Sequence record: SRR31156797_7961
Direction: 5' to 3' (one strand)
Length of the DNA stretch: 48,695 bases
Shown: piece after piece, positions 19,155 through 28,343 of the stretch
How positions within the stretch are numbered: the first letter of the stretch is position 1
Layout of the letters: every line of letters starts with the position of its first letter
Translations under genes and position numbers: made by a program
The notes under the pieces: generated by a model
Told to the model about the DNA's origin: nothing
The model's database searches: none
What the model saw: only the letters and a program-made list of their open reading frames with translations

Positions 19155-21242
19155 ATGGCAGAAGAGAGCACAGGATTAGTTAAAATATTTAAGCAGACTG
19201 ACGTACTGTTCTCTGTCTTTTTTATGGGAATCCTTGTCGTAATGATTCTGCCGCTACCATCTATCCTTCTTGATATACTGCTTACGCTCAGTATTGCACT
19301 TGCGATAGTTATCCTAATGGTGTCCATACACTCAGAGGATCCGTTAAGTTTTTCAACTTTTCCTACAGTTCTGCTTATCGTTACCCTGTTCAGACTCTCT
19401 CTGAACGTAGCAACAACCAGAACAATCCTTCTTCACGGTGCAGAGGGCGAGGGTGCAGCCGGTCAGGTTATCCGGTCATTCGGGCAGTTTGTTGTTGGTG
19501 GTAACTATGTAGTAGGTATCATCATATTCCTCATACTTGTACTTATTAACTTTATGGTTATCACAAAAGGTTCCGGACGTATCGCAGAGGTTGCAGCGAG
19601 ATTCACACTCGATGCTATGCCTGGTAAGCAGATGGCTATCGATGCCGACCTTAACTCCGGTCTCATATCTGAAGACGAGGCTAAAACTAAGCGTGAAAAA
19701 ATTCAGAAGGAAGCAGACTACTTCGGAGCGATGGACGGTGCTAGTAAATTTGTCCGTGGTGATGCCATCGCCGGTATCATCATCACCGCTATTAATATTT
19801 TAGGTGGTATCATCATCGGTGTTTTCCAGCAAGATATGCTCGCAGGGGAAGCTGCTACACGTTTTACTATACTTACTATCGGTGACGGTCTTGTCTCACA
19901 GATTCCATCACTTATTATATCAACATCAGCAGGTCTTATAGTTTCACGTGCTGGTGGTGCATCCGACCTCTCAGGTCAGCTTTCAGCACAGCTTTTTTCA
20001 AGCAGTAAAGTGCTTGGTATTGCCGGAGGCATACTGCTTTTCTTCTCTCTTATACCGGGGCTGCCGAAATTCTCTTTTATCTCTATCTCTGGTCTGCTCT
20101 TTTACCTCATGTACATCACGAAGTCGAAAACCCCTGATGAGGAAGAAAAAGAGAAGGCGGCTAAAGAAGAGAAGGAGAAAGAGGACGTACCGGAAGAGGA
20201 CGAGGTTAAATCCTTGCTTGAAATGGATCTTATGGAGCTTGAGATCGGATTCGGTCTTATCCCGCTGGTTGATACTAATCAGGGTGGAACCCTCCTTAAC
20301 CGTATAAAAGCTATCCGCCGTCAGCTCGCACTTGAGATGGGATTCATAGTTCCGCCAGTGCGTATAAGGGATAATCTACAGCTTGAGGCGAACGGATATA
20401 ACGTAATGCTTAAAAGTGTACCTATCGCAGACGGTACAATATTTCCTGATAAATTCCTTATAATGAACCCAGAGGGAGAGATATCCACACTAGAGGGTAT
20501 CCCAACGAAGGAACCAGCTTTCGGGCTTGATGCTAAATGGTGTGATGAGCCTGTTAAGGATATCGCTGAGATGGAGGGGTACACAATAGTTGACCCTTCA
20601 ACAGTTATCGCTACTCACCTTACAGAAGTGATTAAGCGTAACGCTCACGAGCTTCTAGGAAGGCAGGAGACACAGGAGCTTCTCGATAAGCTGAAAGAGA
20701 AGTATCCAAAACTTGTGGACGATGTTGTACCTGGCATACTCGACCTCGGTACTGTTAACCGTGTACTTCAGTCGCTACTCAAAGAGCGTGTCTCTGTGAG
20801 AAACCTCCAGACTATTATGGAAGTTCTCGCAACATTCGGTATGGCGAACAAGCACCCTGACTACCTTATTGAGAAGGTCAGGCTAACACTTAAAAGACAA
20901 ATTACAGAATCTATGGTGGCAGCGGATAAGAACCTTTACGTTTTCACACTACCGTCTAATATAGAACAGACACTGGCTAGCTCACTGCAAAATACTGACG
21001 ACGGTCAGGAAATTGTCATAGACCCTGCTTTGGCACAGAAGATTCTTTCTGCTATAATGAAGAAATGCGATGAGTGTGTAGCTCGTGGACTGCCGCCGCT
21101 CATGATTATTTCACCGCCAATTCGACTTCCGATGAGGCGTTTTGTTGAAAAGTTTGTTCCAAATGTTAATATTATGTCACATAATGAGATAAGTGAAAAT
21201 GTAAGGATCGAGTCTCTCGGTATGCTGGAGATGGATGAATGA
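19155..21242 (+). CDS. flhA: Flagellar biosynthesis protein FlhA
   Basis: AEVAARFTLDAMPGKQMAIDADL, GAMDGASKFVRGDA. Confidence 0.98.
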   Translation: MAEESTGLVKIFKQTDVLFSVFFMGILVVMILPLPSILLDILLTLSIALAIVILMVSIHSEDPLSFSTFPTVLLIVTLFRLSLNVATTRTILLHGAEGEGAAGQVIRSFGQFVVGGNYVVGIIIFLILVLINFMVITKGSGRIAEVAARFTLDAMPGKQMAIDADLNSGLISEDEAKTKREKIQKEADYFGAMDGASKFVRGDAIAGIIITAINILGGIIIGVFQQDMLAGEAATRFTILTIGDGLVSQIPSLIISTSAGLIVSRAGGASDLSGQLSAQLFSSSKVLGIAGGILLFFSLIPGLPKFSFISISGLLFYLMYITKSKTPDEEEKEKAAKEEKEKEDVPEEDEVKSLLEMDLMELEIGFGLIPLVDTNQGGTLLNRIKAIRRQLALEMGFIVPPVRIRDNLQLEANGYNVMLKSVPIADGTIFPDKFLIMNPEGEISTLEGIPTKEPAFGLDAKWCDEPVKDIAEMEGYTIVDPSTVIATHLTEVIKRNAHELLGRQETQELLDKLKEKYPKLVDDVVPGILDLGTVNRVLQSLLKERVSVRNLQTIMEVLATFGMANKHPDYLIEKVRLTLKRQITESMVAADKNLYVFTLPSNIEQTLASSLQNTDDGQEIVIDPALAQKILSAIMKKCDECVARGLPPLMIISPPIRLPMRRFVEKFVPNVNIMSHNEISENVRIESLGMLEMDE

Positions 21243-22432
21243 GAATCAAAAAGTACGAAGTTTTTGATATGAAAGAGGCGATGAAGCTCATCAAAGAAGA
21301 GCTTGGCCCTGATGCCATGATCCTCTCTTCCCGCAAGGTTGTTAAAAACAACAGCCTCGGGCTTTTCTCACGTCCTATCATCGAAGTGACAGCAGCCATA
21401 GAGGATGACGACCGGATCAAAGGTAAAAAGACCGTAGGGGTGAATGTAGACCCTCTGAAAGAGCTGCAGGGGCAGGCTGGTAACGCACCCGTGGGTGACC
21501 TCGATAAAATGGCTGAGCTTATTAACAGCCTCGGACTTAACAAGTTCGAGGGGCTTATGACAGACATCTCTGACATAAAAAGACAGATGATGGAGATGAA
21601 GACCAGCCTCAAAGAGAACATTATGGTCGACCTTACCGGACATATCAGAGAGTTTTATAACCTTATGGTAAAGAACGGTGTGGACGAAATCATCGCTTAT
21701 AAATTCTTAAAAAAGATAGAGAAGAGAGCGGAGCACGGACTCACGCTCAACCAGATAAAAAACCTCGTCACATCACTCATGTCTGAGCTGGTGCCTATAG
21801 AGAAGGACTACTTTTCATCTCTGAATAATAAAGTCCTCGCTCTTGTAGGGCCGACAGGTGTTGGTAAAACTACGACAATTGCAAAGATCGCCGCTAACCT
21901 CAGCCTGAAACTAGGCAAGAAGGTTGCACTTATCACCGTAGATAACTTCCGTATAGGAGCTGTTGAGCAGCTTCGTACCTATGCTGAGATTGTAGATATT
22001 CCACTTCGTGTGGCGTCTACACCTGCGGAGCTTGAAAAGGTGATAAACGATTGCAGAGATTACGATTATGTCTTCGTTGACTCTATGGGGCGCAGTCAGT
22101 TTGATGATTCGCAGATATCAGACCTGATGAAGTTTATGGAGGTTAGTCCGCTTATCAAAGTGGCGCTTGTCCTATCCATGAGCAGTAACCACATGGAGAT
22201 GGTGGATTCATACGATAGATACGCTAAATTAATGCCGGAATACCTCATTTTTACTAAACTTGATGAGACTAGATATTTCGGACCGCTGGTCAATCTTCCT
22301 ATCAAGAAGAAGACTCCTCTGATGCTTTTGGCTGGCGGACAAAATGTGCCGGATGACATGGAGATACCTGATGGCAAGAAGATTGCTTGTAAGATACTCA
22401 ATGAGATACCGGCCTTATGGAGCGATAAATGA
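21239..22432 (+). CDS. flhF: Flagellar SRP-type GTPase FlhF
   Basis: ELGPDAMILS, GPTGVGKTTTIAK, FRIGAVEQL, TKLDE, GQNVPDD. Confidence 0.95.
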   Translation: MRIKKYEVFDMKEAMKLIKEELGPDAMILSSRKVVKNNSLGLFSRPIIEVTAAIEDDDRIKGKKTVGVNVDPLKELQGQAGNAPVGDLDKMAELINSLGLNKFEGLMTDISDIKRQMMEMKTSLKENIMVDLTGHIREFYNLMVKNGVDEIIAYKFLKKIEKRAEHGLTLNQIKNLVTSLMSELVPIEKDYFSSLNNKVLALVGPTGVGKTTTIAKIAANLSLKLGKKVALITVDNFRIGAVEQLRTYAEIVDIPLRVASTPAELEKVINDCRDYDYVFVDSMGRSQFDDSQISDLMKFMEVSPLIKVALVLSMSSNHMEMVDSYDRYAKLMPEYLIFTKLDETRYFGPLVNLPIKKKTPLMLLAGGQNVPDDMEIPDGKKIACKILNEIPALWSDK

Positions 22433-23280
22433 CAGATCAGGCTCATAGCCTGCGCAGAAAGGCCTGGGACCAGCACAGGAAGGCGACTTACATCTCCGTT
22501 TCCTCAGGGAAGGGGGGGGTCGGCAAAACTAATTTTGCGGTAAACCTTGCCTGTCTGCTCTCTCAGCTTGGGAAAAAAGTTCTTGTTTTCGACGCAGACC
22601 TCGGGTTGTCAAATGTTGACATCCTGCTGAATGTCTCTGTATCCGCGTCCATCAGAAAATATCTGACTGGCGAGGTGACACTAGACGAGATTCTGAAGAA
22701 GGATAATTATGGTGTAGACATCATCCCTGCGTCCTCGGGCTTTCTTGAGCTTGCCAACCTGCCGGACGAAGAGCATGAAAAACTTGTAGACATATTTGTG
22801 CAGCTCGACTCGCAATATGACTACATAATTTTTGACACTGGTGCGGGTATCTCTGAAAACGTGATACGGTTCACTTCCATTGCTGATGTTGTAGTGGTTT
22901 TGACAGTACCGGAGCCCACAGCGATAACTGATGCCTATGCCTTTATGAAAGTTGTACATTTTCAGTACGGCATAGAAAACATCCAGTTTGTGCTGAACAG
23001 GGTGGACGATGTTCAGGGTGTTAAGGGGATTTTCGAAAGTATGAAGAATGTCGCCAGAAAGTTCCTGAACGTAGAGCTTAGCTTCCTCGGATATCTCCGT
23101 GAGGATAAAGCTCTTATCAAGTCTGTCAAATCACAGAAACCGGCGTGCATAGTCAGCCCGAACAGCCCTTATGTTAAGGATCTGCTCGGTATAGCCAAAA
23201 AGCTGACAGGACAGCCGGATGAAAGCAATGCAGACACCAAAAGCGGTTTTGTCACAAGACTGAAGGGTGTTTTCAAGTGA
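22429..23280 (+). CDS. flhG: MinD-like flagellar ATPase FlhG/FleN
   Basis: SGKGGVGKT, DADLGLSN, DTGAGIS, PEPTAITDAYA. Confidence 0.93.
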   Translation: MTDQAHSLRRKAWDQHRKATYISVSSGKGGVGKTNFAVNLACLLSQLGKKVLVFDADLGLSNVDILLNVSVSASIRKYLTGEVTLDEILKKDNYGVDIIPASSGFLELANLPDEEHEKLVDIFVQLDSQYDYIIFDTGAGISENVIRFTSIADVVVVLTVPEPTAITDAYAFMKVVHFQYGIENIQFVLNRVDDVQGVKGIFESMKNVARKFLNVELSFLGYLREDKALIKSVKSQKPACIVSPNSPYVKDLLGIAKKLTGQPDESNADTKSGFVTRLKGVFK

Positions 23281-23299
23281 GCCAGAATAGGAGGAGATT

Positions 23300-23503
23300 A
23301 TGCATCTTTCTTACAGAGAGCTCTCGCTTTTACTTGCTCTGACTACCTTTTTGGCGTCATTTATAATGAAATTCCTTATTTATGATGTAAAATTGACTTA
23401 TATAGCTAGAGATATTATACTGTTCTTTGCTATATATTTTATAGCTAAAAATGTTTTGCTCCGAGTAGACAAGCTGATTATTAATTACAGGAAGATAATG
23501 TGA
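23300..23503 (+). CDS. Small two-TM hypothetical protein between flhG and fliA
   Basis: Strong SD AGGAGGAG, two hydrophobic helices, GTGA overlap with fliA. Confidence 0.75.
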   Translation: MHLSYRELSLLLALTTFLASFIMKFLIYDVKLTYIARDIILFFAIYFIAKNVLLRVDKLIINYRKIM

Positions 23504-24234
23504 CAGGATACGGCGCAACCGCCGGCAACAGATTCAGCCGGGAAGAAAAAGACAAAATCATTATTGAATTTATGCCGAAGATAAAGTCTTGGGTACTGCG
23601 CATCAGTACCACTTTGCCCGACACCGTAGACGTTGACGACCTGTATTCATCCGCATGCCTCGGTCTTATCGAATCCCTTGAAAGGTTCGACAAAGACAGG
23701 AATGTGAATTTTTATACATTTGGAGAACGCAGAATCAAAGGGGCAATCCTCGACACACTGCGTAACCTCGACTATCTGCCTAGAAACGTCCGTACAAGGC
23801 TTAAGCAGCTTGAAAGACACATAGCAGAACACTACAGAAACAAAGGTGAAAAGCCTAAAGTAGAAGAAATTATAGCAAATAGTGACTTCTCCGAACAGGA
23901 GGTCTACAGACTTCTTGAGCTTATGGAGAATGATAAAATACTTTCGCTTGATGAGACCGTCGGACCTGAGGGGGACACCAACCTTGTCGATTTTATCAAA
24001 AGCACTTGCCTCACTCCTGAGGACGAGACTGTTAAAATCAGACTTATTAAAAGGCTTGGTGACGAGATTGACGACCTGAGCGAAAAAGAGAAATATGTTG
24101 TCTCACTTTACTACTACGAAGAACTTACCATGAAAGAGATCGCTCTTGTTCTTGGTATCACAGAATCAAGGGTTTCTCAGATCCACTCCGCTGCAACAGC
24201 GAAGCTTAAGAAGAAGCTCAAAGAATTTTACTAA
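23500..24234 (+). CDS. fliA: RNA polymerase sigma-28 factor
   Basis: GLIESLERFD, RIKGAILD.LR, LYYYEELTMKEI..VLGITESRVSQIH. Confidence 0.96.
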   Translation: MTGYGATAGNRFSREEKDKIIIEFMPKIKSWVLRISTTLPDTVDVDDLYSSACLGLIESLERFDKDRNVNFYTFGERRIKGAILDTLRNLDYLPRNVRTRLKQLERHIAEHYRNKGEKPKVEEIIANSDFSEQEVYRLLELMENDKILSLDETVGPEGDTNLVDFIKSTCLTPEDETVKIRLIKRLGDEIDDLSEKEKYVVSLYYYEELTMKEIALVLGITESRVSQIHSAATAKLKKKLKEFY

Positions 24235-24259
24235 TTATTTTTTGCAGGAGACAGTATAG

Positions 24260-25333
24260 ATGCCAAAAGTAAAACTGCTTATAATCGATGATTCAGCTTT
24301 CATGAGGAAAGCTATTGAGAATATGGTCAAGAAAGATCCTGATATTCAAATTGTTGGTTCCGGTAAAAACGGACTTGAAGCTATAGATTTGGTCAAAAGA
24401 TTAAAACCTGACGTAATGACTCTCGACATAGAGATGCCCCGCATGGACGGGCTCACCGCCCTTCAGAAAATTATGGCGGAAAATCCTTTACCTGTCATCA
24501 TGGTCAGCTCACTCACTACAGAAGGCGCTGACTCCACACTTAAAGCACTCGACCTAGGTGCTGTTGACTTTATACCAAAAGATAAATCGTTTGCCAGTTT
24601 TGGCATTATGAAGATAGAAGACCAGCTTATCGCCAAAGTAAAAGGTTTCGCTAAGAAGAAGATGTTCATGCGAAGAACACCTATCTCAAGACCTTCTGCT
24701 ATGGGTAAACCTGCTACAGCTGCTAGACCGGAGATGAGAAAACCTGCTCCGAAAATTACCTCTAAAAAGAAGCTGGTCGTAATCGGAACATCCACAGGCG
24801 GACCTCAGTCACTACAGAAGGTGATACCTCTGCTTCCGGCTGACCTCGGTGTTCCCGTGCTCATTGTTCAGCACATGCCGCCTAACTTTACCAAATCACT
24901 AGCTCAGAGACTTAATTCCCTCAGCAAGCTTACAGTTATCGAGGCGCAGGGGAAAGAGCAGCTTGAACCTAACCACGTATACATCGCTAAAGGTGGAGCA
25001 CATCTCAAACTGAAAAGAATGGGCGCTCATTACTATACAGACGTGACCACTGAACCATCGAACACACTCCACATACCAAGTGTTGACGTAACTGCGGCGT
25101 CAGTTGCAGAAACAATCGGACGTGACGCACTCGGCGTCATCATGACAGGTATGGGCAGTGACGGAATGAAAGGGCTTAACCTCCTTAAACTTAAGGGTGG
25201 TAGCATCGTTGCACAAGATGAAGAGACATGTATTGTTTACGGCATGCCTAGAGCTGTCATAGACGCTGGATATCATGACGAGGTTGTCCCTCTCACTGAG
25301 ATTGCTCAGCGTATAGTCGCTTACTGCAAGTAA
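24260..25333 (+). CDS. cheB: Chemotaxis methylesterase CheB (REC + methylesterase)
   Basis: IDDSAFMR, TLDIEMP, GTSTGGP, VQHMP, MTGMGSDG. Confidence 0.97.
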   Translation: MPKVKLLIIDDSAFMRKAIENMVKKDPDIQIVGSGKNGLEAIDLVKRLKPDVMTLDIEMPRMDGLTALQKIMAENPLPVIMVSSLTTEGADSTLKALDLGAVDFIPKDKSFASFGIMKIEDQLIAKVKGFAKKKMFMRRTPISRPSAMGKPATAARPEMRKPAPKITSKKKLVVIGTSTGGPQSLQKVIPLLPADLGVPVLIVQHMPPNFTKSLAQRLNSLSKLTVIEAQGKEQLEPNHVYIAKGGAHLKLKRMGAHYYTDVTTEPSNTLHIPSVDVTAASVAETIGRDALGVIMTGMGSDGMKGLNLLKLKGGSIVAQDEETCIVYGMPRAVIDAGYHDEVVPLTEIAQRIVAYCK

Positions 25334-25361
25334 ACACTTAATTCATACAGGAAGTTAAAAT

Positions 25362-26372
25362 ATGGCAGACATTTTAAGCCAAGAGGAAATTGATGCCCTG
25401 TTGTCAACTGTTTCTACCGACGAGGAGATCGCGGAAGAGAAAGTTGAACAGTTGGATTTCGTCCCGAAGAAGATTTCCGTATATGACTTCCGCAGACCTG
25501 ACCGTGTAAGTAAGGAGCAGCTTCGCTCCATAAGGAACCTTCACGATAAATTTGCCAGAAACTTTTCATCAACTCTGTCTAATTATCTGCGTACTATCAC
25601 AGATATAACACTGACATCCGTTGACCAGATGACATACGGCGAATTTCTCATGTCTCTACCTGATCCGACCAGTTTCAACATCATCTCCATGATACCTATG
25701 GAGGGGAATACCGTACTTGAGATTAACCCGTCTCTCGTTTTCCCTATCGTAGATAAGCTCCTCGGCGGAACAGGTAAGCCGCTCTTTCAGACAAGAGAGC
25801 TCACTACCCTTGAGCAGCACATCATGGACGGGATACTGGGACTGATCCTTAAAGACCTCGAAGAGGTTTGGAGACAGATTATTCCTAATATCAGACTCAA
25901 GAAAGAGCTTAGTGAAAACTCACCGCACATTATTCAGATCGTTTCTCAGAACGAAGTTGTTATACTTGTTGTGTGCGAAGTGAAATTTGGCGAAGTTCTC
26001 GGTATGATGAATCTCTGTATACCTGCAATCGTCCTTGAACCAGTTCTCGGCAAGATCAGCTCAAGTGACTGGCTCATCGGTGCTAAGAAAGGTCTTCAGG
26101 GTGAAAAGGAAAAGGAAATCATGTATATGCTTAATGATACTGAGGTTCCTACGAATATATATCTTGGTCATAATAAGCTTTCCATAGAGGATGTCCTGGA
26201 TCTTACAGAGGGCGACCTTGTAATGTTTAACGTGAAACAGGATAAGCCTGTTGAAATTCAATTTAATAATAAGCTGAAATTCCTCGGAGAAGTTGGTACT
26301 CTCGGAGTTAAGAAGGCTGTTAAGATAACACAATTTATATCGGAGACAGAAGATGAAAACCCCGCTGAGTGA
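25362..26372 (+). CDS. fliM: Flagellar motor switch protein FliM
   Basis: ILSQEEIDALL CheY-binding peptide, YDFRRP, C-terminal SPOA. Confidence 0.96.
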   Translation: MADILSQEEIDALLSTVSTDEEIAEEKVEQLDFVPKKISVYDFRRPDRVSKEQLRSIRNLHDKFARNFSSTLSNYLRTITDITLTSVDQMTYGEFLMSLPDPTSFNIISMIPMEGNTVLEINPSLVFPIVDKLLGGTGKPLFQTRELTTLEQHIMDGILGLILKDLEEVWRQIIPNIRLKKELSENSPHIIQIVSQNEVVILVVCEVKFGEVLGMMNLCIPAIVLEPVLGKISSSDWLIGAKKGLQGEKEKEIMYMLNDTEVPTNIYLGHNKLSIEDVLDLTEGDLVMFNVKQDKPVEIQFNNKLKFLGEVGTLGVKKAVKITQFISETEDENPAE

Positions 26373-27258
26373 AGCTAGCCACGGAACATTTACCGGTGTC
26401 ACACAGGAAGTGTTCCAAAATACATTAGACAGTATGTTTGACAAGGATATCAAAGTCTCCTTTTCTGAAGTATCCAGCGGTGGACCTGACGACCTCGCGG
26501 AAGGCTACGAAGGGCAGGTGCTTATACTTGTAACAGAAGAGAAGTCAGGTATGGAAGCAGGTCTTATGTTTAAGACAACTGACATCACATATCTTACTAA
26601 TCTTATGATGATGGACGATTCTCCAGGTAAAGATTCTATAGAAGATGACGATAAGGATGCAATAAAAGAGCTTGCCTCGCAGGTTCTTGCTTCTATACAG
26701 GTTCCTCTTGAGGAGAAAACAGAGGTTAAGGTTAACTTTCAGATTGATGATGCCATGGTTAACGATGCCCCTGCACTCTTTCAGGCGGAAGAGTATATGA
26801 TAGCTGATGCCGATATAAACATAGGCGACACAGCTACAACATTCAGGTTTTACACTGATTTAAGCCTTATGAACCTTTTTGGCGGGGGAGATGAAGAGCC
26901 TGATTTCGGGTCAGCCTTTACCTTTCCTGATGACGATGACGACCCTGCTGGAGGCGACTCTGGCGGTGGTGGTGGCGGTATGGGAGGCTCTGTTCCTTCA
27001 AACCTTGAACTCCTTTTAGACATTGACGTTCCAGTAAGTGTCAAAATGGGGTCTACAAAAATGTTTTTAAAGGATATACTTACTATGGGTTCTGGTAATA
27101 TCATCGAGCTGGACGAATCAGCAGATGAGCCAGTTGAGCTGGTTATCAATAATCAAGTAATAGCCAGAGGTGAAGTAGTAATAGTTGATGGTTATTTCGG
27201 CTTCAGAATCAAAGAAATAGTAAGCCGTGCTGAACGAATTAAAAAATTAAAAGATTGA
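26353..27258 (+). CDS. fliY: FliY/FliN motor switch protein (CheC-like N-domain + FliN domain)
   Basis: C-terminal NLELLLDIDV...ARGEVVIVDGYFGFRI; about 180 aa N-terminal CheC-like region. Confidence 0.85.
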   Translation: MKTPLSEASHGTFTGVTQEVFQNTLDSMFDKDIKVSFSEVSSGGPDDLAEGYEGQVLILVTEEKSGMEAGLMFKTTDITYLTNLMMMDDSPGKDSIEDDDKDAIKELASQVLASIQVPLEEKTEVKVNFQIDDAMVNDAPALFQAEEYMIADADINIGDTATTFRFYTDLSLMNLFGGGDEEPDFGSAFTFPDDDDDPAGGDSGGGGGGMGGSVPSNLELLLDIDVPVSVKMGSTKMFLKDILTMGSGNIIELDESADEPVELVINNQVIARGEVVIVDGYFGFRIKEIVSRAERIKKLKD

Positions 27259-27283
27259 CACAGCGTAGTATTTTAGAAATAAT
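27255..27283 (+). promoter_or_regulatory. Possible internal sigma70 promoter for cheY-cheZ-cheA
   Basis: TTGACA-17 nt-AATAAT about 30 nt upstream of cheY. Confidence 0.45.
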
Positions 27284-27315
27284 ATAAATAAGAGAAACAA
27301 GGTGGAGGACCAGAA

Positions 27316-27693
27316 ATGGCTCACGATCATATTATAATAACAGTGGATGACTCTTCTACAATGAGAAGGATCATCAAGAATACCCTCACTAAGCTAGGGT
27401 TTAGCAATATACTTGAGGCGGCTAATGGCGTTGAAGGTCTTGATGTGCTTGCTAAAAATGAAGTTGATATGATAATCACGGACTGGAATATGCCTGAGAT
27501 GGACGGGCTCACCTTCGTAAAGACTCTCCGTGCCAAAGATGAGTATAAAGAAACTCCAATTCTGATGGTTACGACGGAAGCGGCGAAAGAGGACATTTTG
27601 ATTGCACTTAAAAGCGGTGTGAACAACTATGTAGTAAAGCCTTTCACGCCGGACACTCTTCAGGAAAAGGTGAATAAACTTCTCGGTATTTGA
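27316..27693 (+). CDS. cheY: Chemotaxis response regulator CheY
   Basis: VDDSSTMRRII, TDWNMPEMDGL, VTTE, YVVKPF; SD GGAGG. Confidence 0.96.
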   Translation: MAHDHIIITVDDSSTMRRIIKNTLTKLGFSNILEAANGVEGLDVLAKNEVDMIITDWNMPEMDGLTFVKTLRAKDEYKETPILMVTTEAAKEDILIALKSGVNNYVVKPFTPDTLQEKVNKLLGI

Positions 27694-28328
27694 TTATGTC
27701 CGAATATAAAGACATAAACGAACTTTTGGATATCGCCCGAAACATCAATGAGGGCAATTACGATGTTGCTAGTGTTGAGGTCAACACCGACAACGAGCTT
27801 TTTCACATTGCACAGTATTTTAGCGATTCAATCGAAAAACTTCAGACGATCACAGATACAGTTGAAGACAGTTATGAAGACCTCCCTGGATTTGAAGAGA
27901 CTCTTCAGGCTATTATAAAAGATGCAAAGACCGCTTCTGAGAATGTTCTCGGTTGCGTTGATAATATTAATTTTGCTACAGATGAGATAAGAGAAAACCT
28001 TAAAACTTTAAAAACTCAGATTGAAGCGAACAATTTCGGACAGACAAGCGGTATAGTCGACAGGCTACGTGATAAAGCACTTGCCGGTCAGGATACTTCT
28101 TTCGATATTATAGCTTCACTAGAATTTCAAGATATTACCAAGCAAAAAATCGACAAGCTTGTTAAAATAATATACGACCTTCAGGAAAGACTCTCTCACC
28201 TTATCGTTATGTACGGCGTCAAAGAAGATAAGGTTGACGTTGAGATACTTGATAAGCTCAAAGAGAAAGAGAATATCCTTGAAGATCAGAATCTAGTAGA
28301 CGAACTCATGAAAGAGTTCGGACAATAA
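27690..28328 (+). CDS. cheZ: CheZ-like phosphatase
   Basis: LEFQDITKQKI (DxxxQ motif) and C-terminal DQNLVDELMKEFG CheY-binding helix; start may be ATG at 27696. Confidence 0.8.
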   Translation: MIMSEYKDINELLDIARNINEGNYDVASVEVNTDNELFHIAQYFSDSIEKLQTITDTVEDSYEDLPGFEETLQAIIKDAKTASENVLGCVDNINFATDEIRENLKTLKTQIEANNFGQTSGIVDRLRDKALAGQDTSFDIIASLEFQDITKQKIDKLVKIIYDLQERLSHLIVMYGVKEDKVDVEILDKLKEKENILEDQNLVDELMKEFGQ

Positions 28329-28343
28329 GCTCTGGAGGGTACC

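Noticed and set aside
26962-26979. GGC/GGT trinucleotide run
   Set aside because: Simply encodes the poly-Gly linker of FliY
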